Assembly (NCBI GenBank): GCA_040954595.2
Contig: CM082578.2
Location: 14,104,304-14,168,303 of the forward strand
Length of the DNA: 64,000 nucleotides
Direction: 5' to 3'
DNA from: Balanoglossus misakiensis
Lineage: Eukaryota; Animalia; Hemichordata
Part shown: positions 25,701 to 36,014 of the stretch, piece after piece
How positions within the stretch are numbered: position 1 is the first letter of the stretch
How the letters are laid out: each line of letters starts with the position of its first letter
Notes under the pieces: model-generated
Told to the model about the DNA's origin: nothing
Database searches by the model: none
The model's input: only the letters and a program-made list of their open reading frames with translations
Translations under genes and position numbers: made by a program

Positions 25701-27750
25701 TCGATATTCACACCGTAAAGAACTGGCTTCCCAGTTTTAGACAGAACTCGGATATTGGCTGGCATCTCGGAGAAACGCTGGTCGAATCATTTTTAATGGA
25801 AAAAAACAACTGCTCGCGATCCGACAGGTTGATTTATTTCGTGCAGATGACGATGTTAAAGCTTAGTGACGACGACGCCATTTCGATGTTGTTTACTAAA
25901 GTTCTTATCGTTTCGTTTTTCGGATAACTGTCACTGAAGTCAGATTCGCGAGTGCAAAAATACTGCAGTCCGATTTTTATGCGCTGCTTCCTGAAAAGGG
26001 AAGGGTCACCGCCTTTGTCAAGAAGATGCACGTCATCGTCATACCGTCACTGTTCCCCTTACATATATTAAACTAAAACCATCAAAGAAATTAATTGGAA
26101 ATGTCATAGATGTAATTTCCTTCACTCTATCCCTAAACATTCAATAATACTGTTCAACTGATATTATCAGCTGCTTTTATACTGTAGTCGTGACTGACCG
26201 ACACACCTATTTTTGTGTACCTGTATTTTATTTTGTGTACTTATCTTTTTACAGATCTTGCGGCAAATATTAGACTATAAAATAAGACGTTAATGCTGGT
26301 ACCCTATTTCCAAAGTAAACCTCTAATCTGAGAAACTGTAAATGTTACAAAAATATGATGGCTGACTTTTCCTGACCCGGAGACCGTGACGCAATGCATA
26401 TCGATGGAAGACCCCAGTAACATTCCTTATCGTAAAGAACGTCCCGTTATCATTTTGCTATCTACGTACAAGGTTGTGATTCATGTCACAAACAGTAAAG
26501 AATTCTGGGAAATATCAAGTACGACCATAATACTTCCGTTGTTTTCCGAAATTCAGTCGCTAAAAGCGATTGCAAAACGGTGTTAATCTCACACTTTCTT
26601 TATAACTGAGCAGATTTCACAATATAAAAATTAATATCTCATTGGGAACAAGAGATTACATGGACATGAATTGTATGGTTTGCCTTATCTATTCTCGTTA
26701 TCAAAATTCAGTGCTTAAAAGAACGAGATCTTTTCTAAACCGCAGCCACGACCCCCTGGTCATATCTCGGTGCAATCTTCAAAAGTCACGCCTAGAAATT
26801 AATTCCACTTTAGACATGCCACGAATTCCACTGGTACTACAAAATAGTCAAAATAAATATATCTGCCAAAATACCTCTGCCAAAACTTATATGGTGATGA
26901 CTAAATAAATCAAGTGACTTCGACACTTTGTCGTCTAATTAATTTGTGAATGGAAAGCCATTGCATGCCTTGCAAAGGCGTATAAAGTGGCCGAACCGAA
27001 CGTTGTTTACCGTCTTAGCATCAAAGAATTGTCATCATAAATCAAGGGACGGGGAGGTGGCAGCCAAATACGTTTCATTTTGAATTGACATTTCACCGTA
27101 ACCAAAGATATACGCATGCCGCCCTTTTTTTCATTCCGGCCAAGACAGATTCGACGGCTGTACAGTGTATTTCTCCGGTTCTACTTACTTCAGACATGCA
27201 AAGACATTATATGCTTCAACTACACAGGCGCTAAGCGCAAATGAACCAATGCATGCACCGATACAGTACATATATAAAGCCCTGATTTGTATTGTTCTCA
27301 TTACAAAGGCATAAACAGCTCTCCCAAGCGCTACTTTACAGTCAAAGTAAGGGTTGTCCAAGATATCAGTTTACCGACTCCGAGTACCATAAAAGTAGGC
27401 CTTACTAGCTTGATTTGGTTTGGTGTAGTTTGACTGCCCAAAGGCATATAGGCCTACGTGTTTTAGTATCCCGATCAGACAGTACAGGCAACAATGCTGT
27501 TATTGTGACTCACGGCTGGGCTATACGGATATCACTGCATAGTACACGTACTGCGTCATTGTAATATTTACCGATTGCGAGCAATATTATTGACGTTCAC
27601 CACGCCGCGCTGGACACAATTCGGGCCAAGGACCAACGGCGTTATTTTGGCCCGACTTGGAATACGTGGGAAATGGCGGCGTGGTGAAAGGTAAAACGGT
27701 AAAAAGTTATTTTAACTCACACTTCCCGGGCTATAATGAGCTGCAGCCAT
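16744..27750 (-). CDS. Type II transmembrane mucin-like protein with two SEA domains and a Thr-rich VNTR (about 824 aa)
   Basis: Exons 27750-27721 (ACCATGG, MAAAHYSPGS; least certain), 23122-22810 (cytoplasmic YQNPSY plus TM MAIIWIVIACVLAVGLIVAIPCVL), 22539-22486, SEA1 21950-21790/21384-21317/21067-20910, mucin exon 20729-19614, SEA2 18932-18772/18198-18131/17885-17728, 17547-17434, 17211-17167, 16772-16744 (stop). All GT-AG and in phase. SEA signature F.GS.NIT..W...L.DP.S..Y..L and YR(E/N)GSVL. Confidence 0.82.
17415..18972. repeat. Tandem segmental duplication, copy 2 (SEA module exons plus introns)
   Basis: Near-identical to 19595-21990 including intron sequence (offset 3182 bp for the last SEA exon). 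SEA exon sizes are identical: 161/68/158 nt. Confidence 0.95.
19595..21990. repeat. Tandem segmental duplication, copy 1 (SEA module plus expanded mucin exon)
   Basis: Partner of 17415-18972; for example 20700-21200 matches 17518-18030 almost base for base. Confidence 0.95.
19675..20620 (-). repeat. Coding VNTR, 99-bp unit, about 9.5 copies (33-aa TSTPEAVATTTASPGIATDSATTAPATPVSTAV)
   Basis: CTTCTGGCGT recurs at 19692, 19791, 19890, 19989, 20088, 20187, 20286, 20385, 20484 and 20583 (period 99). Confidence 0.97.
27567..27703. repeat. Imperfect palindrome/hairpin element
   Basis: TTCACCACGCCGC 27596-27608 pairs with GCGGCGTGGTGAA 27676-27688. Inner TCGGGCCAA pairs with TTGGCCCGA; outer TTTACCG pairs with CGGTAAA. 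Confidence 0.75.
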
Positions 27751-29883
27751 GGTGATATGTATAGGTAACACCTTCTGACTAGTACTGTGAAGTTTACCAA
27801 ACAGCGTCGAAACGGTTGTCGCTCAGTGAACACTCTCTTAGCTGTGTTCCTCTGACTCACATGAAGACCTCACTTGCACAAGTGGGTTTTTATGACGCGA
27901 CGAACAGCGTGAATCAACAGGTTTTGGTATGTCTTCGGCCCCAACGCCCAATCGACCTCGGGACGCACCCAGTGGCAGGTAAACGATGCCTAACTATTTC
28001 TATGGAAACGCGAAACGGATTGCACTGATCGATGAACCCGGTAAAAGCCTCGCCTATATTTTGAATAATGACGGAAAATAATACATAAACCATTTTTCAT
28101 TGGCTAGACATCTGACGTTGAGGTCAATGGGGATCAGTAATACCAGGGTCAATTTCTGTTGTCATAGTAGCCGAGTATTAAATACCAACATATTACATAT
28201 ACTAGACACCCTGACTATAAAACCGCCATGCTATAGAACCTCCCACTGTAGCCTACATCAACGGCGTACTACTGGCCCGGAATCGCCCCGACCCAGAGTT
28301 TTAAGCGTGAGATAAGGCAAAACCACTGAAGCTTATTTCCTACATGATTGGAAAATACACTTCAGTATATAATCAGCTCGCTGCAAAGCGCAGTAGCAAA
28401 GTTATGCGATATCCGTGAGCTGTCCGGCTAAGCGCCCTCAACGTTTTCAAATCTGATTCCGCGTTTATGTCGTTTTCATTTCCCAACATTCAACAAATGT
28501 GTGTGTCAACCGCTGGTCAGCCTACCAGTTTCAAAAGAACGATGTTGACTTTCATTTGTTTATGAGTACAATTGTTTCATGGTTTATTTTCAAATCAAGT
28601 TTGTATCAACATGATTAACAATTTTCCATGACACTGATATATATACTGTGTGTATGCCACTAATACAGTATTACAATACTGCGCAAAGAGAGCAAAATCA
28701 ACTTGTGAAATAAAAAAATGTCATCAAAAAGATTAACGGAATATCTGACCATGGTATAAAAAACTTGGGCGTATAACTGTAAGTGAACATAGTCGTCCAG
28801 AAAAATGAAGTGAGCTGCCTCAAATGTCAATTTCTAAATATACGTTCAATGAAACAAATATATGTACACATGAAAGTAATCGGCTCTGCCACTGAGATGT
28901 GGCCAAGGTTTGGAGCAGATGGAGTCTTCCCAAAAAGAAAGAAAGCTGCAGCTACAATCTATATTCCTATGAAATAGATAAGCAAGTCATACTTGTTATA
29001 CAAATGGCACAACCTGCTTGGTAAACATGTACAATCTGTTAGATTTCACTTTGTCTATGAGTGACAATCTGAACATCGGCGGTGGGAATTTTGAATATTT
29101 TTTAAAAACTGTTCTAGTCTGCTAATGTAATTTTAATACTGACAGCTTTTTTCAGAATCATATTTCTGACATAATACTGTTGAATCACAGAAGAAATAAA
29201 AAAAATAATACACAAGAAGTAAGACTTTAACACACACTAAACTTGTAAAAAAAATGAAAGTTAATTTATTTATACAATATATATAAATGCTTTTGCAAAG
29301 TGATATTTGGCATTGGTATTTGGCAGGATAAGCATGTACTATTATCAATTTTTATCAAGACTGACAGAAAATATTGCACAACATTAGAGCACAATGTGTC
29401 ACATTTTGCAACATGACTGGATGAAATTGTATTACTTTTGCCTCAACAGAAGTGTGGAATCTCGCAATCATCTTTTAATTTTTAAATTAACAATTAGGTG
29501 TATATGTGACTGAATAATTCTGTGAATTTGCACATCTTCAGAATAGTACTGACACGAACACACTTGCACTTTGGCTGTAAATCACAAAATCCTTCATATA
29601 TTTAAATGCATTCAATATATGTCCCTAGCAACCAAAGGTTCAATTAATGTACGTTATACCTATGTGTTTTTAACGATTAGTTAGATCACTAATTTAAAGT
29701 ATGAGCGTTCACTTGATCATGATTTTTAAGATATGAGCTATAATCTGATGCAGACAAACACTATATCACGTAACGGGTCCCGACATAGGAAGATACATAC
29801 ATGCAGAGCCCACAACATGGCATGCGATGTCTGTGTACATTTCACAACTACACATCCATGTGACATGACTTGTTCTTCGATAC

Positions 29884-32800
29884 CTAAGCCAGACACGCAT
29901 AGACTCTGGAGGCCAGGTTGCTAACTTCTGTGTCTCTATGACCCTTGATAAATCTCAACTCAGACAGCAGTTCTTGTGTGCTCTTGCCGTACATCACACT
30001 GCCGAAGGTGGCCTCTTTGCAACCCTCTCGTAGAAACTGCTTCCGTGAGATCTTCTGGTTGTTCTTTGTGCAGGCCAAGTTGGAAAGGAACGTCAGAAGT
30101 CGGAGGAGAATATCTATGTCCTCCGAAGACAACAGCAGTAAAATTGAAGTCTTGTTGACCTGCAAGGAATAAGAGAGATCAAATAATTCTGGTTTGCACA
30201 GTGGTATGGAAACAAATAATAATTTCACAAACCTTTGAGAGAACTCATTGAACTCTGCGCGTGATCTGTGCCATATTATTTTCAAAAGTGATGCAGTGTA
30301 CCGGTATACTGCTGCATTAGTTTCATGAGTGCAGCATTATGAGTGAAAACAATCATTTGCAATATGTGCAATAAATCAACACACAACACAACAGCTTGCA
30401 ATCTTTTTAATCCCACTCTATATCTTAAAACTACCCAACATACTAAAATATATGAAATTGGGTCACATCAGTACCACATGAATACATGCAATGCCCTTTG
30501 AGGTGTTAACCAACTACATGAAGCAAGTGCTAAAAATTTGCAAAACAGAAAATAAAATACATCAACTGTGGTTTTGAAGTATGCAAACCGTCTGCCCTCA
30601 TTTATCAAAACATACCGTAATCACTCTATCAGTTCGACCAGAAAAAAAATAAATATGATTTGTGAAAAGACAAACTAATAGAATAAAAATAACAACAAAA
30701 AAAAGGCCACTCAAAGTGCTTGAATAATTTTTCAGGGGGGCATGTTTGCATGGCATGCACTGTATGCACTATCAGCATGTAATTTAGGTGATATTTATGA
30801 TAGAATTGAACTGTTTAAGGACAGCCAGAATAAAATCAGTGAGTTCTGAATACCTTGGAAGGTTGAAGTTGCAGATATTTTCATGAAAAATACACAATAT
30901 CAACACATGCATTTAATCAGTGGTCAAACAATTGAAGGTTACAAAATAATTAATTTTCCAAAGAATAGTGGGTGGTTGAATTAATGGAGTGGTTGAACTG
31001 ATAGAGTGATTACGGTAAGTGGAATTTTCCAATAGACTGTTGCCTGGCATGACGATGTCAGTTGTCCAACCTAGTATTTTAGCAATAGACATATAGTTTA
31101 CACCCTCATTTTGTGGAGAAGACTTTGGGATTAGAGAGAGGTGGGTCGATGACAGACGACAATTGGGACAACGCCCTGAAATATGACGTGGTAATCAGGA
31201 CGACAAAACAATTCACGATCCAACTCCCATCTGATCCGCGGGTGTTGACATATTGGTTTATTGACCTAAATGTTCAACTTTGGTGGGTACACTTTGATCA
31301 TAGGACTAATGCCAATGTGTGAAAACTTTGACCCAAAAAGTGCAAAATGTTCACTACCACATGTTACCTGCGTTTACTTTGGTGTTTTTTTACAAGTATA
31401 CCATTTCGGATGCGCTGAAAGAACATGCCTAAATTTTACCTTTGTTGCGATTAACTGCATGAAGAGAACAGGATTGCAGGAAAAATTAACCAGAGCTTTG
31501 AGGCTTTGCAGTTGAATATCTTTCCGCACGTCTCCGTCTAAGTTCTGGATCAGTCTGGGCAATGTTGGCAACAGGCTCTCATGCCACTCAGTAGATACCG
31601 ATAGATTGGTCAGTAACCGTAGCAACGAGAGCTGTAAGCCCTCACTGTTTCGTGGGTGGTCAAGTTGTCTTATTATGACTGAGCTGCAATCCAAATCCTG
31701 TAATGATAATAGAAAATGGTATTCATTCCAAAGCCCTATTCACACAATTGTTCACAATTTCAGCAGCTTTTTCAGATAAATAAAAGGGAATATTTTCCAT
31801 CATATACAACTCTTTGGAGTAATAAAATTATTCCTAATTCAGCGGGAAACTTCTAAATCTAAATGGAAGACACTGTTACACACAACATACAGTACCTGCA
31901 ATGTCTTCTGGTTGTTATAATTCACAGCCAAATTGGACAAGGCATTAGCTGCTCTCTCTCGGACATCTGATAAAGGGACGGACTCCAGAGTCAGCAGGAG
32001 AAGAGGCAAGCCACCAGCATCACGGATCAGATTCTAGACGTCAAAAAGTAATTTGACTTTTGATGAAGAAATAAATATCATTTTACATACACATCCGTCA
32101 ATGTCACATCTGGGGACACTAAACCGTTATACACCAAATCCACCTACAGTGTAAAAATACATGTAAATTGGTAATTTTTATTCTTAGCTGAAAACAGTTT
32201 CAGTTGGAAAAAAAGAGAAATGGCCACGAGGGGGCGCTATTCAGTTCCAGCTATCACCATTTTCAGTCAATCATAACGGCAACTGTTTCGTTATTATTGA
32301 AATTTACAGGACATGAAATGCCTGTGTGTACAGTATTTTTATGTAATCTTGACAAGCATTATTTTGAACTGTAAAGTGCAGAAATAGGAATGAGCACTGG
32401 AGTAAAACCCCTCCCTGTCAGGTAATTTTTATACCACTGAATTATACTTATCAATCACTGATTAATTTTCCCGAACTGCTTGCTTTAAAATTTTATGTCA
32501 CCCACCATTTATTACTACCAACACAACTGTGCATCCATACCCATAACTGTACGTCAATATTTGCACTGACTTAAGTTACCCTTTGTTACTTGTATACTGA
32601 CATATGATATGACAAGCACAGACTGTGTACATACTTGAGTTATTTATACCTCCTAAAAGTCAATATCAAAAATGAAACATTTCAAATCTATTTACTTTTT
32701 TATTCCACAGATCAATGGGTAAAACCATTTACGGTCTTATTTTATGGTACAATCAAACGTAATGCATTGTGCAATCAAACGGCCATGTATTTGGGGGATC

Positions 32801-33650
32801 AGCAATTCAGCATAATGACATTTACTATGGCAACCAGTCTGACCCCACTGGGGTGACCTCACTGGGGTCAATGGGTCATTACTGAGCTACATAACTAATA
32901 ATTAATCTCTAGCTGTGTACTTTGACATCTCAGTCCAAGGGGTAAATGAAATATAAGACATCCAGTAAATCAATGCAGTCTGACTTGGTAAGATGAGAGT
33001 TATAACACATAGACTATGCTAAACCAATACATGTACAAAACATTCTTAGACACAAAAGTGCATGTAGAGGTTAGCATCTTATAATGTATGACACACACAT
33101 GCTAATACATGTACTGTCTCTGCTTTGACCTTGCAAAGTTCATAAATTCGATCATTACCTGATTAGCTGTAAATGCTGCCCCATTAGCAATTGTAGTCAG
33201 GACTTTCTTCAGCTGTTCTGTGTCTTGTGTGTCTTGAAATGCCAACTGCAGCATGCCAACCAGTACCACAGCTTCTTCACTTGACAAAAGTCCTACAACT
33301 GACGGCACCCTCTTCAGTGTGCCTTTAGAGGAACTTGTGTCCACTTCAACGTAGAAAATAAAGACGGAAAACTAGCGGTTATGAAAATACTCAAATTAAA
33401 GTGTAGCCTAGGCAGCATAGGCTCCTGAGTGACATGTTTGTGCACACGTGCTCTGCACCTGATTGAGTCGTACACGTCTATGTAAAAATCACAAACCTTT
33501 TCCATTGTCTTTGTCTTGCACCTTCGTGCCACTTTCATATTTCAGCCTCTTCTTCTTTGAATTGAATAGATAATACGTAAAGCCAGCAAAGCCAACAATG
33601 ATGACCGAAGCACAGGCAGCAACAAACCGTGCGGAGCTGGAAGCTACCAT
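29884..33650 (-). CDS. ARMC10: Armadillo repeat-containing protein 10-like (N-terminal TM anchor plus Arm_2-type domain), 336 aa
   Basis: Exons 33650-33497, 33343-33159, 32033-31896, 31697-31440 and 30159-29884 (1011 nt, in phase). Motifs: TM ..VIIVGFAGFTYYLF-KKKR; TIANGAAFTANQNLIRDAGGL; ALSNLAVNYNNQ; LQLSLLRLLTNLSV; LKALVNFSCNP; ILLRLLTF. These match the ARMC10/ARMCX family. Confidence 0.88.
30615..31015. mobile_element. MITE (Tc1/mariner-pogo type, TA target duplication) in ARMC10 intron 4
   Basis: 26-bp TIRs CCGTAATCACTCTATCAGTTCGACCA (30615-30640) and TGGTTGAACTGATAGAGTGATTACGG (30990-31015) with 1 mismatch. Flanked by TA at 30613-30614 and 31016-31017; no internal ORF. Confidence 0.9.
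32221..32239 (+). promoter_or_regulatory. CTCF-binding motif
   Basis: TGGCCACGAGGGGGCGCTA is one mismatch from the consensus TGGCCACCAGGGGGCGCTA; it lies in ARMC10 intron 2. Confidence 0.7.
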
Positions 33651-33949
33651 TTTGAAATTGCCACTTCCGGGTGTAGACTTGACGCACATTCAAAGTTTCA
33701 CATTAAATCACGTAGTTTTATATCGGGATGATTTAAAACGTTGGTGTTTTTTTGACGGGTAAATAAGTGGAAAATATCACTGAAATGTTGGTAGGGGAGA
33801 GTTAGTATGTGTGAGCGAAGTGAAATCTAATTTGCATGACCCGTAGTGACCTCAAACGGTTTCGGATTCTGATTCTGAACCTGTTTCCGAGTGTAAGTGG
33901 CTCATTTACGATCGTGAAACACACGTGCAGATTGTGTAGGAACATCAAC
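33651..33949. promoter_or_regulatory. Bidirectional promoter ARMC10/MRPS25
   Basis: Divergent ATGs 300 bp apart. ETS/GABP motif CACTTCCGGG 33662-33671, YY1-like AAAATGG overlapping the ARMC10 start, E-box CACGTG at about 33922. Confidence 0.8.
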
Positions 33950-35025
33950 ATGCCGATGAAAGGGAGAGATCCAATAAGACGGACGCTACAGTATTTAAAG
34001 CACGGCAAGGTTCATCTTCGTGACAATGTGCAGATATTCACAATAAATTACAATCAAAAAGGTGTGGCGAGCAAAGGAACAAGGTGGGTAAGAGTTGGAA
34101 AGTTATTGAACCGACAGTACCCATACACACACCTCAACGATCAGCAATGAGGTGGTCACTGCTCCTTTATTTTGACTGTAACAGTGGTAACTATTAACAT
34201 AACAATTGCTTCTATTGTTTTGCATATATTCTGCTTGTTTGACATGTATTTTTGTCACCGTTTGTTGTTGTACAGCCATGGCGAGACATAGCCAGATCTC
34301 CTTGTAATAAATATGTTCTGTGCTTATATTACAGGGATTTCATTTACTGGAATTTGGGACAGCTTCAGTACAAGAGCCCCCATGTGCAAATCCTGACTTT
34401 CAAGAATTTAACTCCATCTCCATGTATTAAAGTATGGTTAGGTGAGTACATGTACATACATGTGAGGTCCATGAAATTATCAATGCAAAATTGGACAAAA
34501 TTATGTCCTTTATCTAACAGTAACAGCATCAGTCACTCCAGTCTAGCCATGTAAAGCAGTATCCATGTCAACACAGTGAAAATGATTAATCTATTTTTTG
34601 TTTCTCTCCAGAGTCTGGTGAAGAAATTGTTATGGATGTGGACAGCATATCAAATCTTCAAATATTAGAAACTGTTCAGAAAGTTTTGGGTAAATCAAAG
34701 TAAGTCAACACAACATTTTGACAAGCCCCACCCCCATGGGAGCACGCTGTTGTTTTGCAAGGAAATAAATGTAGGAAATGAAATAAAGGCTACAAAATGT
34801 AGCAATTGTCTTCAGTGTGCCAATTTAAATCATGTTTTCGTTCTTGACAGAGACACTCTGGAAGCAGAGGAGAGAACAAGGGCCAAGCAAGACAACCCTG
34901 CAAACTTCGGTGAGGGATTTTTGAGAAAATGCATCTGTGAAGTGCCCGGGCAAGTTCCGTGCCCTGGTGTGATTCCACTGCCCAAGGAGATGCGAGGCAA
35001 ATACAAAACAATGGAGGAGCAATGA
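33950..35025 (+). CDS. MRPS25: Mitochondrial ribosomal protein S25 (mS25), 167 aa
   Basis: Exons 33950-34083, 34335-34441, 34612-34699 and 34851-35025. MPMKGRDPIRRTLQYL...QLQYKSPHVQILTFKNLTPSP...PANFG...LRKCICEVPGQVPCPGVIPLPKEMRGKYK is clearly mS25. AATAAA at 35294. Confidence 0.97.
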
Positions 35026-35551
35026 CAAAGACTTGCTGCACAAATCTAGAGACTGAAACTGTTGGTGTGATATGATGTATGCTGTATGCTGTGTACTGTC
35101 GTTTGATATTCAAAGACCCATATTTCTTGAGGGAAATGGTGGTTATCTGGCAGCATCTGATGGTGTCCCTTTTTTCCTGTTACTTCTCTTATGATCTTTG
35201 TTTTGTTTTTTAGACTGTAGCTTTTGTAATTACTATGAATGCGTCCCTAAAATTCTTAAAGCTTTGTCTTAAAAACTGATAGATGTATCTGTTAATAAAA
35301 AGTTCGGTGAATGAAATCAAGATGTCTGCAGTCCTTCATACACATGCACATTGAAAAGTTTTAACAATAAAGAATTAACATACAGACCAAGCAAAGCAGA
35401 AAAAGGCACCAAAGTGACATACATGTACATGTACATGTACTAGTACTTAGTATTCAATTCGGACGTACCCCCTAGCCAGGCTTCCTGTTATCAATGGCCG
35501 ACAACCATTTGCGAAATTTGGGTGACCTAAGGAGTCAATACTTCAAAAATC

Positions 35552-35561
35552 CAAGATGGCG
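35552..35561 (+). promoter_or_regulatory. YY1-type motif at the probable RBSN transcription start
   Basis: CAAGATGGCG lies between the MRPS25 poly(A) signal and the RBSN coding start. Confidence 0.5.
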
Positions 35562-36014
35562 AAGTTCGTCTGGACTGTCGACTGTCTCTGTGCAGAAACA
35601 TGATTGATCTCGTCCTGCCTGCTGATCTTAGGATAGTTTGTTGATATCTCGACGAATGTTATCGAGGGGAAACAAGCAAAGGCGTGGCCTCGACGCACAT
35701 TGTTTACAAATGCGATGGGATGCGGGATCGGATGCAAGTGATCGTCAAATTTGACATACCGTGTATACGAGTAAGGGTTACGCCCCATGCTTCATCATGT
35801 CAACAATTACCCTATTCCGTGCTAGCTTTTCCGTAAATAGACACACTCTGCAGCGATAACTGCTGGCGTTGTGTCCCAAGCAGGCCTAGGTTTCGGTGTG
35901 TTATTATCTGCTTTATTTGGCGTCGGTCAATGAGTGTCGTCCGTGTTGTTTATTGCCAAGCTTGGGGTTACAAGCAGGAATTTTGCTGTGTATCAAGACA
36001 TTCCATTCCATAAC

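Noticed and set aside
31130-31175. Possible extra ARMC10 exon (TTTCAG|GVVPIVVCHRPTSL*)
   Set aside because: It would truncate the protein, while the 31440-to-30159 junction already gives a family-like continuous sequence. It could at most be a minor isoform.
33836-33949. N-terminal extension of the MRPS25 ORF
   Set aside because: The family starts at MPMKGR (33950); the upstream in-frame ATG lies in the promoter region.
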